Shown: piece by piece, positions 1-12,669 of the stretch
How the letters are laid out: every line of letters starts with the position of its first letter
How positions within the stretch are numbered: the first letter of the stretch is position 1
Assembly: GCA_964016885.1 (NCBI GenBank)
Contig: OZ024741.1
Location: forward strand, 35,092,001-35,156,000
Length of the DNA: 64,000 nucleotides
Reading direction: 5' to 3'
From: Eledone cirrhosa
Taxonomy: Eukaryota
Program-made: the position numbers and the translations under genes
The notes under the pieces: generated by a model
What the model was told of the DNA's origin: nothing
The model's input: the letters and a program-made list of their open reading frames with translations, nothing else
The model's database searches: none

Positions 1-60
1 GAGGATCCGCTAAAGTGAAACAATTGTTCTCGGTACGGTGAACTAACTGTTGTGTAACCA

Positions 61-63
<3 letters not shown>
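1..63 (+). ncRNA. Truncated type I hammerhead motif and PLE terminal-repeat tail
   Basis: [CT]GAGGA-tccgctaaagt-GAAAC-aatt-GTT-ctcgg followed by a tail into (TA)n; same family as 11954-12035. Confidence 0.6.
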
Positions 64-136
<73 letters not shown>

Positions 137-273
137 CCTAGCTTATGCTAACAGAATAACTATGTAGCTTGTTCCCTTCCTCTCTACGGTTAGCTCTCCT
201 CTTTGTTGTTATCTTGTCTCACTCGCTTTACGCGTTTTAATTGTCCTAATAACTTAATTTAGTTATTATTGCA

Positions 274-341
274 CCGACGTGAGGTATATGATTTTTAATG
301 CAATGAAATATCTATGATCGTCGGCAAATCACTGATGAGGG
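274..341 (+). ncRNA. Non-circularly permuted hammerhead-like motif
   Basis: ggtat-A-tgattt (283-294), GAAA-tatc (305-312), aaatca-CTGATGA (326-338); stem III ggtat/atatc, stem I tgattt/aaatca, outer helix ccgacg/cgtcgg. Confidence 0.65.
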
Positions 342-1136
342 ACTCATTTTATTACATGTTATCCATGTGCAACCTGCAGTATTCTTCTCCCCATTTTTTC
401 ATATATATATATATAATTCAAGAAAGAAGGGTAACATGGTTGGCTGTACAATAAGGGCTTTATTCACAGTGCTGACAATTGTTTCGTTGATCTGGTAGGT
501 CTAGAGCTCGCTAATCGCTTGATGTTGCGTCAATCGATCTCCAATACTTTGTTTACAACCAGTCAATACATCAGAGCACTTGGATATGAGGATAATACGC
601 AAGGCATAGCTTTTATAGAAAAGTGGTGTTAGACCAGAACAATAACATCAGTAACAAAATATCTAGATAGTGAATAATTAAGGTACGATAAAATGCTGCT
701 TACAGCAAAATAGAAAAGTCAATTTTCTGTAGACATAGGATTGCTACTAAATTTACGAGATTTAAACCACCGTGATTCGAACCATCATCCCCCAAATTAA
801 TGGAAACTACTTAGACTTTAACGTATGAAGTCCGTATTCTCACACAACCTACTTCAGAACCATAAACTTCTATAAACACCTTCCAGCCTCCCGACATCTA
901 TACCACCAAGATAGGGCAGGAATGTCTACAAGCATTTGCCAATTATCTTGTCAGCCCATAAATCAATCTCGTCTTTGCTGTTGTTTATTCTTTCGGACCA
1001 CACAATTATATCTACATATCTCATATTAGCACCCATGATCTCTAATAGATGAACTTAATTCTAAGTAAATTATCTTATTACTCTTACACTCCTTTGAAAC
1101 TCTTATTTCTTCTTATTATTATTACCATCATCGTAA

Positions 1137-1325
1137 TGGCGGTCGATTGGCAGTATCGGTAGGGAGGGTGGACGCCATGCTTTGCACAGTTACGTCCCTT
1201 TACGGACTGTGTTCAAATCCCGCCGAGGTTAGCTTTGCCTTTCATCCTTACGGGGTCGATAAAATAAAGTACCAGTAATGTACTGGGTAATTGCTGGCCT
1301 TGTGCCAAAAGTAGAAACAATTATT
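1137..1325 (+). mobile_element. tRNA-derived SINE (Meta-domain-like centre), representative copy
   Basis: Box B-like gttcaaatcc, central gcctttcatccttacggggtcgataaaataaagtaccag, (ATT)n tail; more than 20 copies in the window. Confidence 0.85.
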
Positions 1326-2014
1326 ATTACCATCATCTCAATGTACCCTATCCCTAATTTTATTCATCATGTTCTCTATCTATTTACCATGCATGATTTA
1401 TTGGTGATGTTATTGTCTTAATTATACGCTATTTTGTTATTGATGTTGCGAAAACTAAACCCCCATGATTCGAACTAGCAATCCCAAAATTTAGAATAAA
1501 CCACCTTAACATACTGAATCCACAACTTCACTTAATACCAGCTACCAAGGAACCATAAATCTCTATACACTCCCTCCATCAATCTCACTAAGGAGAAAAT
1601 ACCTAACACAAGCGATTATCTGTCAAACCATAAATCAATCTCCGTTTTATTGTTGGGAGGGTTTCAGACCCACAGCTCACTTGTATCTAAATCTCTCATA
1701 ATTGCACTTAAAGTGTAGATTCCAAAGTCTGACTCTAAGTACATTTTATTATTTATCCCTTCATCTAAGTTGATTCATCCCTTGACTACTACCTCTAATG
1801 TACCCTATGGTAGACTTCGCATGTCACTTCATACATCTGTATCATCTCTGTTTGTTTACCATGCTTGTTTTATCATTATATTCTATTTCTTACTTGTATT
1901 GATGTTATTGTTTTAATTATTCACTATCTAGATATTTTGTTACTGATGTTATTGTTCTGGTCTAACACCGCTCTTCTATAAAAGCTATGCCTTGCGTATT
2001 ATCCTCATACCCAC

Positions 2015-2125
2015 GTGCTCTGATGTATTGACTGGTTGTAAACAAAGTATTGGAGATCGATTGACGCAACATCAAGCAATTAGCGAGCTCTAGACCTACC
2101 AGATCAACGAAACAATTGTCAGCAC
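2015..2125 (+). ncRNA. Type I hammerhead with ~80-nt stem II (inverted copy 469-579, -)
   Basis: gtgct-CTGATGT...GAAAC-aatt-GTC-agcac; palindromic stem III ACAATTGT; A9 is variant. Confidence 0.75.
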
Positions 2126-2348
2126 TGTGAATAAACCCTTATTGTACAGCCAACCATGTTACCCTTCTTTCTTGAATTATTATTACTCCAAGTATAACCT
2201 ACATAGAAATCACCGCGAACTCGCTGCATCACTATGGAAGCGTCTTGTTGAGTCAAACTAAGCGATACGTTAAAACCATCCACAACACGGAGTACTCTAA
2301 CTGGGCTACCTCTAAGTGGATTACCTATAACGATAACTTGTTATCCCT

Positions 2349-2434
<86 letters not shown>

Positions 2435-3384
2435 CGGAGAAACCCATCAGTTACCCACTCCTCGAAATCTCCCCGATCCAAGATACCACAGAGAAGTAAA
2501 GAAAAGCAAAGCTAAGCAACAGTTTCGTTGCAATTAAATTTTTGTTCTAGCTGAGTGAACCGGTGCAACGTGAACTATGTATAGTATATTAATTCTGTAT
2601 GTATTTGTGTAGAGAAACCGAAATTGTTCTCATGTTCTCAAGTGGTTGCATTAACGACACACACTGACCTTCAACCTCACTGAAACTAACAGAGATACCA
2701 ATTCCTTTGTTTGAGCTAACAATGTGACCATTTAGATTAACTGCCTTTGTTTAAAAGGAAATTATCATGGACCATCGATTTAATGTTTTCTGGACACACA
2801 ATCCTTATAATTATAAATAAGAGATTTTGACCCCAGTTTAATTCTTTGCTCTGCGACAGAGAAACAGCCAGTTCTACCAGCCTCGTACAGTTTGCCATTT
2901 AGCCACACACACTCGCTAGCCAGATCTGTTGCCTCAGCACCTGCAGGACTGGCCACCAACATCAACACACAGCTTAGTAAATTCACTATTTTGCGATTCT
3001 ACATTCACACATACACAATCAGTGGACTTCAATTATACATGGACCTGTTCATTATTATATCACATGATTACAAAGTATATCATGAACTAATAAAAACATA
3101 AAAATTAGCAGCGTCTTGTTCATTTGGTAATTTATACCCATGTGATTAGGAAAAATTGTTTTCCCCACGGTAATATCACATCACCACAACAAGTGATTAC
3201 AACTACATGATTTCACAGCAATAATTCTCTTTATACCCAGAGACACACTTCATTGACTAGACCAACAAACCACGCATTCACCTCACAACTCCAAATATAC
3301 TACCATCCAACAAATGAACTACAACCAACTATCAAATCCACTCCCGCTAAATATATATGTATGTACGCCCCCCTCCCCTCTCAC

Positions 3385-3580
<196 letters not shown>

Positions 3581-4509
3581 CACACACATACATATACAGA
3601 CAGAATTTCTATATACATAATGTTCTCTACAAAAATCTATTTTGTTCTTCCTATTTACCCTAATGGTAAGACCGCTTGAATTTCGTATTGTGAACACTAC
3701 CTACATAAAGCTGACCTTGTGAGGAGATTTCATAGTTCGGTAGTTGGAGATTCTGGCTTTCAAAAACGTGTAAACTTGAGCTTTGTGTATTGTAAGTTTA
3801 GTGGATAGTTTGACGTCTTTCCATTTGAAATACTAATGTAAGATCATTCGGTGGCGTATGGCATATGTATTCTTGTGATAAATAGATATTTAAAGTTTTT
3901 TTGTTTTTTTTTCGTTTGTGGGCACCAGAAGCAATAACAAGGTAAATAAATGTGATATTAGTGTACTCTATAATAACTTCTTATATAGCCACGAAGTAAC
4001 CGTTTTTTAGGGAAGAGGAAAGTCGTTTAAATCGATGCCAGTACTTTACAGATACTTTATTTTATCGATTATACAAGGATGAAAAACAAAGTTGACTTCA
4101 GCGAGATTTGAACTCAGAACATAAAGTGGTGGAACAAATATTACAAATCATTTGCTTTACACTCTAACGACTCTACCACAACACCACCCTTTGAGTTCTT
4201 AATAATATGTCAAGTATCATTGCAATGGCCATTAGCGACATCAACATTTCAAAGAAGTCTAGCTAACGCACATTCGTCGAGATGCAATTTGTATGTCATA
4301 CCTTGATACCACGTGGACTGAGTTCCTCATTAACAGATCTCTAAGATATAGCTCCCTCTGTGGAATTGGCTGGTATTACATTTAATGGTGTTCGTGGATA
4401 AATTTGGATTCGTGTAGATTTCTTTAGTTCAAGCTAAGGCAATTAACGGTCTTATTTACATCATTCTATCTATCTAGCTAGCTAGATAGCTATCTGGCTA
4501 TCTATCTGT

Positions 4510-4590
<81 letters not shown>

Positions 4591-4671
4591 ACGAAGGTAT
4601 TTTAGTAGTTGTTAGAATGATTATTATGTTATTTTTGTTGTTGGTTCATGAAGCTAGTGTAGTCTGAGACC

Positions 4672-4733
<62 letters not shown>

Positions 4734-4814
4734 ATGGTCTGTAGTTAACTGTAGACCACTGTGGCCTGTAGATAGCTTGTTGCTAGCGTAATGCTCCGAT
4801 CTATCTGTTTGTCT

Positions 4815-5181
4815 TTTAGGCGGGGTGGTCGTCAGTCATCCCATCTAATTGGATATTGTTTACTGGCACATAGTCAAACAAGGAATAAGTAACATACCCC
4901 AATTTTATGTTATAGAAACATTTTTTTAATAGGAGCAATTACAGAATATATTGAAATACATTAGTGCTCCTAGGTTGGGATAAATTTAAGTCGTCATATA
5001 CTGCCGCATGGTGTGATATCATCCTTTGGATCACTGCATAGAGATAGCACGTCTATTGTCTCTGAGTCCTCATCGTCCAAGAGCTATTGTTTCAGCTACT
5101 GACGTCAGAACGTGACGTCAGAACTAAGGGCAGTTAATAGACTGCCTTCACAGTCGACACTAGATGGCGTGATCTTCTACA
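4815..5181 (-). repeat. 3' LTR
   Basis: Starts TGTAG in element sense right after PPT-like CTGGTGGGAGGCTA (5182-5195); highly similar to 9737-10086. Confidence 0.85.
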
Positions 5182-5498
5182 TAGCCTCCCACCAGATTTT
5201 TAGAAAATTAAATAAAAATCGGTTCATCGAATCATGTATGTAGAAAAACCGATTAGCAACCAGCAAAAATCTCAAACCAAGGAGCAATCAGCCCAACCGA
5301 GCATGAAGGGCACACAAAATTTCAAAAATACATATTAAAAAAGCATGCAACAACGTGAAAGGAAAAAAAAACAAATGTTATAAAATGTAAATACAATATC
5401 CTACAGGATTAAAGCACCGCACAATAGCAGTTTAGAAATATACCGTGCTACACAGTTTTTTGGGCCAATGAACCCTCCGACCAGAACGGGTCGTAGTC

Positions 5499-8400
5499 TT
5501 ATATCTTGGTGATTGGGGCGGGGGGGGGGACAGGTGTGTGTGCGAAAGAAAAAGACGGGGGCGTTTGTGGCTCAGGTGCGATAGCATCTGTATCCAAATG
5601 TGCACGTTTGAGTCTATCAATCGAAACCGTCTCTCTGGAACCCTTAATGTCTACAGTGAAATGTTTCTCTGAACGAGCTAATACACGGTAGGGTCCAGAG
5701 TATGGTTGTGTGAGAGGTGGTTTCACAGCATCGTTTCTCACAAACACATGGGTCCACGAGGCAATATCCCTCGGGACTGCAAATTGTACAGTTTGCTTCC
5801 TCGTATCCATCGGCGGCAGGTCCTGAAAATAAGAACGCAGACGGGATACTTAGGAAAGCGGATCTTGTTCAGCAATATCGACAGGGGCAAGCATTTGCCC
5901 AGGTAACGCTAGAGGAGCACTATATAACAATTGGGCCGGGGAGAACCCAAGGTCCTCCTTTATTGTTGACCGAACAACACAATAGGGAGGTACTCGCTCC
6001 AGCGCGTAGAGTCAGGAGAAGTCCGTAGAGCGGCTTTCAGTTGTCGGTGGAAGCGCTGCACCATTCCATTAGAGGCAGGATGATATGCAGTAGTTCGGAT
6101 GCGTTTAGCGCCGATGATCTTCGTCAATCCATGGAAGAGGTTCGATTCAAACTGCCTTCCAAGGTCCGTGGTAATTGACGTTGGCACTCCATATCGAGCG
6201 ATCCATCCAGACACAAGGGCATGCGCTGTGGTCTCAGCAGTGATATCTCTCAAGGGGATGGCTTCAGGCCATCGCGAAAAACGATCGATTGCCGTCAATA
6301 AGTAATTGTAACCACCGCTGATGGGCCAAGGTCCCACGATGTCCACATGAATGTGGCGAAACCGAGCGTCCGGGTTACTAAAAGTACCAAGAGGAGTCTT
6401 TATATGTCTATGAACTTTCGATTTCTGGCAAGCAACACAGGAACGGCACCAGACAGTAATTTCACGTCTCATATTTGGCCAGAAGAATCTAGCCGTTATG
6501 AGTTTTACTGTGGCAGAAGATCCAGGATGTGAAATGCCGTGCAAAACAAGAAACACAGTTCGACGATGGTTCAATGGAACAAAAAGGCGTGGCGTATCCA
6601 AAGAGACGTCGCAGAGGATCCGTCCGTCTGCGGTCGGTAAAGGTAGGTATTTCATCCTGCAATTCACAAATTCAGGTGATGTAACATCCAACGATTCAAA
6701 TCTATGTCATCGAACGACGAGATCGAAGTAATCGGTAAACGAGACAGGGCGTCGGCCGCTGTATTCATATAACCCTGAATGTGTTGAATATCATTTGTAA
6801 ACTGAGTGATGAGATCAAGATGTCTAGTTTTTCTAGGCGAGTATTTATCTGCCTTTGCTTGCAAGGCGAATGTCAACGGCTTGTGGTCCGTGAAGATAGT
6901 AAACGTTCTTCCCTCAATCATGTGCGAAAAATGTTTCACTGATAAATATATAGCTAGCAACTCCTGTCCAAAGGTGCTGTAGCGGGTTTCGGCAGGTTTC
7001 AGCTTCCTGGAGAAAAATTCCAACGGTTGCTGTTGATCGTTCCTACTTTGTTGCAAAACTGCGCCCATGGCAGTATCCGACACGTCAACACAAAGCCAAA
7101 GCTTAGCGTTGGACACTGGGTGAGCCAGCAAATATGCATTGGCTAGAACAATTTTCGCACTCTCAAAATCCTGGAGCTGAGTTTCATTCAAAGAAATGTC
7201 TCTATTTTTCTTTCGGCAATTTTTCAAAATTTCCGTCAAAGAGAAGAGTAGCTTAGCACAATTAGGCACAAACCGCCTATAAAAATTAATCAGCTCCAAG
7301 AATTGGCGCAACTGACGAAGTGAGGTTGGTGGAGGAAAGTCCTCTATAGCTTTAACTGAGAGGAATAGGTCGAATACCGTCAGAGTCAATGACGTGACCC
7401 AAAAAATTCAAAGATTCGGAACCAAAAACACATTTTGATGGATTAATCCGAACATTGTAATTCTTCAAACGACAAAATAGAAGTTTCAGATGGCGCAAAT
7501 GCTACTCTGGAGAAGAGCTCGCAACAAGAAGGTCATCAATGTAGGTGTATACAAAGTCGTGGCCGCGAGTGACCTCATCCATAAAACGCTGGAAGGTGCT
7601 AGCAGCATTCCTTAAGCCGAAACGCATGGTGAGAAATTCGAAAGATCCAAATGACGTAGTTATAGCTGTCTTCGGGATGTCGTCTCTGTTGACAGGAATT
7701 TGGTTATAGACTCGTATCAAATCGAGCTTCGAAAAAATGTTGCAACCTTGTAACGAGGATGAAAAATCCTGCAAATGAGGGATAGGATACCGATCCGGTA
7801 CGGCCAACGAGTTCAATCTTCTATAATCTCCAGTGGGTCTCCAATTGCCAGAAGATTTTGGCACCATATGTAATGGAGATGCCCACGGGCTCGTGGAAGG
7901 ACGAATAATTCCGAGCTGTAGCATATGATCGAACTTGGACCGTGCTGCTTTCAGTTTGTCCGCTGGCAATCGACGAGGACGCGAAAAAACCGGAGCGCCA
8001 GTTGTAGTAATAAAATGCTCCGTGGCGTGGCCTGGATCAGTGACTTTAAAAATTTCACGAGTCAGTTGCGGGAACGATTTCAACAGTCCATGATATGAGT
8101 TTCCAGAGTTAGCAATGAAGAAAGTCGGGCTAACTGTAAAAAATTCCGCCGTCCTGCCACAAAGAGAAAAAGCAGTAATATCGTCGATTAGGCGTTGGTG
8201 ACGAACGTCCACCGTCAAAGAAAAATGGTGCAGGAAGTCCGCGCCCAAAATCGGGTATGGCATATCAGCAACAGTGAACACGCATTTGAAATCCCGACGA
8301 AGATTTCGGAACTGAAGAGGAAGCGAGATCTGTCCAAAAGTTCTGATTGTTGACTGGGTGTCAGCTTGCAATTCGATCGACGACTCAGGAGGAGTTACTG

Positions 8401-8500
8401 TCATAGTATTAACAGGCCACATACTGCACGAAGCTCCTGTGTCCACTAGGAAGGCTCTTCCAGACAGGAGGTCCTCAATGAAGAAATGGCGGTTCCGTTT
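5499..8500 (-). pseudogene. pol: Gypsy pol (PR-RT-RH-IN), disrupted
   Basis: ORFs 7502-8446 ([21 protein letters not shown]), 6664-7389 (RNase H, FTDHKPL), 5960-6691 (HHCC, HVDIVGP), 5499-5810 (GPY motif). Confidence 0.93.
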
Positions 8501-8526
8501 TGTCTCGCAGACTTCACTTGCCGCCT

Positions 8527-9315
8527 TTAGTGACTCTGGTCCACATTTCCCGCGGCCGAATAATTACATGGAGGCCGGCAATGATTTGCCTTATCCGCGA
8601 AGGTAGCATGATACCAGCATAATAATGGGTTGCTGGCGGGCGAAGTAGTACGCCGACGTGGAGTCGCGAAAGAACGCGAACGACTCCTATGCCGCCGGGA
8701 ATACGGCCTATTCTCCCTGCATAATCGAGCGACTTGCTGCATCAAAGCGTCAATAGCCTTCAACATGGTATCCTTGCGTGTCGAGACGGGCTGGTTCAAA
8801 TGAGACGAAGCGATATGCGAGTCCGAGGCGGTAGCCTTTTTAGAAAATTCCACGATTCAATGCGCGGAGGCAGCAATTTGCTCCAAAGAGCTGGTGTCCA
8901 CTGTATTTGCCAAAATAATTTGGACGTTGTTTGGCAGGCGAGAGAAAAATACTTGTTTAATAAAGGAATTATCCTGTTCGGGCGATTCACTGAGGTCCCT
9001 AATGTGGCGCAATAATTCGGACGGCGACCTATCGCCTAGACACTCATCTTCCAACAATGAACGAAATCTGCTTTCAGCAGAACGACTGTTCCTTCGAAGA
9101 ATTTCTTTCCGCAACGAATCATAGGAAATACTGGCCGACGGGTTCGTAATCAAATCTTTCACTGTTATAGCGAGTGAAGAAGGAATACCACTTAATAAAA
9201 AATTGAGCTTTTGCTCGGTTTTCACTTCGTTGGCAGCAAAATAAGCGTCGAGCTGCGCAAACCAGAGTTTAGTATCAGCTGAGAACGCAGGCAGACCAGG
9301 ACCACTCATCGTCAA
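8527..9315 (-). pseudogene. gag: Gypsy gag, disrupted
   Basis: LPAF...LWFAQLDAYF, LGDRSPSELL, CWYHATFADKANHCRPPC; split into ORFs 8857-9315 and 8527-8853. Confidence 0.85.
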
Positions 9316-9718
9316 TCTATTTCCACATAGACGAATAAAAGTAAGTAATGTTCAAAACGACGGGAAAACAGCACAATTTTCCCTTAACATCCATAAAGTT
9401 GCCGCAAGCAAAAGAAATTCAGTCACAGTACAAGAAATAACAGCGAAAGTCCGAAAGGTGGAATCTGTGGAACAAGATAGCCATTATCAAACAAGATGGC
9501 GTCGCCTTTCTTTTCCAAAACAAGAATATGGTCGCGTGACGAGGCTAAGCCAATCAGATGGCTGCATTTGAAGAAGAAAGGCAATGTGCGGGAATGTTAG
9601 CTGGCCAGTCAGCCATTTTGAGAAAAAAAAATTTTCTTTTTTTTTTTTCTTGTATAAGACGAACAATTTTCAATTAAAAACGAATGGCGAAATTAAGTAG
9701 GCTTCATTTTCATACTTA

Positions 9719-9735
9719 ATCGTCGAGGGTCACCA
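9719..9735 (-). promoter_or_regulatory. Primer binding site, tRNA-Trp-like
   Basis: TGGTGACCCTCGACG just inside the LTR, close to the Trp PBS TGGTGACCCCGACG. Confidence 0.7.
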
Positions 9736-9736
9736 C

Positions 9737-10086
9737 TTTAGGCGGGGTGGTCGTCAGTCATCCCATCTAATTGGATATTGTTTACTGGCACATAGTCAAA
9801 CAAGGAATAAGTAACATACCTCAATTTTATGTTATAGAAACATTTTTTTTAATAGGAGCAATTACAGAATATATTCAAATTCATTAGTGCTCCTAGGTTG
9901 GGATAAATTTAAGTCGTCATATACTGCCGCATGGATCACTGCATAGAGATAGCACATCTATTGTCTCCGAGTCCTCATCGTCCAAGAGCTATTGTTTCAG
10001 CTACTGACGTCAGAACGTGATGTCAGAACTAAGGGCAGTTAATCGACTGCCTTCACAGTCGACTCTAGATGGCGTGATCTTCTACA
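9737..10086 (-). repeat. 5' LTR
   Basis: Copy of 4815-5181 with an 18-bp deletion; followed in element sense by the PBS. Confidence 0.85.
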
Positions 10087-10475
10087 TAGCCTCCCACCAG
10101 ATTTTTAAAAAATTAAATAAAAATCGATTCATCGAATCATGTATGTAGAAAAACCGATTAGCAACCAGCAAAAATCTCAAACCAAGGAGCAATCAGCCCA
10201 ACCGAGCATGAAGGGCACAAAAAATTTCTTCTACAGTCTGTAGACCTCTGCGGCCTGAAGGTAGCGGTGAATCTTTCATATAGCTTGTCTGTATCGTGTT
10301 GTTCCGATCTCTCTGTATAAAACCGGGGAATATACAGGCTTTATATACCTGTCGCTTTCTGTCTCCCACCTCGAGGGGATAGCCCACGCATGAACCTGTT
10401 CACAACAAAAGGGTGGTAACCTAGAGTTTGACCTTTAGGTGTCACCCAAGGTTCAAGGCGTGGACAGATCTCGCT

Positions 10476-10545
<70 letters not shown>

Positions 10546-10694
10546 CTTGCTTTGGGAAAATATGCATACAGCACCATTTTAATTGCATAGCGGGACCATT
10601 TTAATTGGTAGGGACACTGTCCACCAAGCATACTGATGTTTTCATAAATATCTTCATGGCATTCTTTTAATTATATATCATATATATATATATA

Positions 10695-10789
<95 letters not shown>

Positions 10790-10791
<2 letters not shown>

Positions 10792-10960
10792 TTGTGCTGT
10801 TCGACTCACGGTTGTAAGGTCGTAAGGTCGTCAGTTCGATTCCTGGCGGCACATTGTGTCCTTAAGCAAGACACTTTATTTCCCGTTGCTTCAGTCCACT
10901 CAGCTGGAAATAAATGTGTTGTACCTGTAATTCAAAAGCCATGCCACACATTGTGTCACT
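10790..10960 (+). mobile_element. Second tRNA-derived SINE family
   Basis: gttcgattcc box B and tgtccttaagcaagacacttt; related copies at 15712-15860 and 40220-40310. Confidence 0.7.
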
Positions 10961-10989
10961 CATATATTTATATATATATATATATATTC

Positions 10990-11521
10990 TCTAAAAAGGC
11001 TACAGAATAGATTTCCAAATAAGGGCGCGAAATTTAATGAAAACTTGTTCGCGTGACAGCCATAATTTCATTTATAACCAATCAAATTACGTTTATTTTA
11101 AAAAAAGCCTTCGTGAGCCCTTTTTTTAAGTAAAAAGAAATTCAAACACTCATATATGGAAAAACAACCTGAGCCCCGTGTTTGAAGAACTTTGTAACGT
11201 CAACTGGCGCGAAATTTATTATAATTATTGACCAACCAATCAAATTACTTCTCTAAAAACCTGGCGTTTCGAGCCACTTTTTTCCATATGAAACAAGTAA
11301 CATTCAAAGACCAACCAGATGCGAGAAAAACCACAGACCCTCCATCTTAACTCTACTTTTGAAAAGCAGAAGAACTGCGAAACCGAAAAGGAACTAAATA
11401 AATATATATATATTTTTTTAAATAAGACTCCAGTTGCATTTTCGATTTCATCTTTTTTTCTTTTTACTTTCACTCGTGTAGGACACCTCGGTTATTTTTC
11501 ATTTTGTAAAAAAAACCTCAC

Positions 11522-11528
<7 letters not shown>
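10990..11528 (+). mobile_element. TA-flanked interspersed repeat with degenerate HHR
   Basis: Homologous to 26268-26585 (-) and 42684-43265 (-); family consensus ctt-TTGAAGA-gca...tgc-GAAA-ccgg-TA-aag. Confidence 0.6.
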
Positions 11529-11568
<40 letters not shown>

Positions 11569-11606
11569 ATTAAATAAATGGAAACTATATTTATAAAACC
11601 ATATTT

Positions 11607-11670
11607 ATTTCATTATATATATTTCGGGGATATCATATTAACAATATGCTATGCCTTCCTCAGACAAAAT
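11607..11670 (-). ncRNA. Type I hammerhead motif
   Basis: attttgt-CTGAGGA-stem II-GAAA-tatata-TA-atgaaat, between two (TA)n tracts. Confidence 0.6.
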
Positions 11671-11747
11671 ACAATATAAACAGTTTTATAGATAAATAGA
11701 TTCGACATACCGTAATAACACCGACTTGCATTTGAAGAGGTTAAACT

Positions 11748-11953
<206 letters not shown>

Positions 11954-11965
11954 CTTCACTCAGAA

Positions 11966-12001
11966 CGAGCTGATGATCCGCATGTGAAACATTTGTTCTC
12001 G
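11966..12001 (+). ncRNA. Minimal type I hammerhead motif
   Basis: cgag-CTGATGA-tccgcatgt-GAAAC-attt-GTT-ctcg. Confidence 0.65.
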
Positions 12002-12118
12002 GTATGGTGAACTAACTGTTGTGGAACTACTTCTATATATATGTGTGTATGTCTGTGTGTGTGTGTGCGTGTGCGTGTGTATTTGAGTCTCTCTCTCTCT
12101 CTCTCGCTCTCTCTCTCT

Positions 12119-12217
<99 letters not shown>

Positions 12218-12669
12218 AGAATGTTGCCAGAATCTGCACCAAAGTTGGGGGTGGTGCCTTTTTAAATGTTTGTATTCTTATCAGTTTAATGATGTCATTG
12301 GAATGGTTTTATGTCAAACATCTCGGTTATCTGGTGCTATCTTGTTAAGAAGACCCTGACATTGTTCGAATGTAGAAGTGTGTAGTGGCGTGACTTATGG
12401 TTGCGATAGCTTGTATGAGTGTATGTGCATTTGTCCGTAAGTATTCGTTTTTGTGTGGTCTGGTAATAATTCTATATACGTGAGTGCGAACTCAATGCTC
12501 CAGCTGACGCTTCTCACGCTGCTAGTTATTCCCCTACACACACACATATAAACACGTAAGCTGTGTATGTGTATTAAAGAAAGAAAGTATGTGTTTATCC
12601 TTATATATATGTGTGTGTGTGTGTATGTCTGTGTATGTATTGTACATGTATGCATCTATTTATGTATGT

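Larger units (their letters stand above)
413..2348 (+). mobile_element. Non-coding Penelope-like element with inverted terminal copy
   Basis: ~268-bp inverted arms 413-681 / 1913-2180, each with an HHR; extra 3' tail to 2348; (TA)n on both sides; no ORF. Confidence 0.75.
4815..10228 (-). mobile_element. Decayed Ty3/Gypsy LTR retrotransposon
   Basis: Direct repeats 4815-5323 / 9737-10228; gag, protease (DTGA), RT (YIDD), RNase H and integrase in Gypsy order; stops and frameshifts. Confidence 0.95.

Noticed and set aside
2433-2725. Possible solo LTR (TG...CA)
   Set aside because: Single copy in the window, with no TSD, PBS or PPT support.
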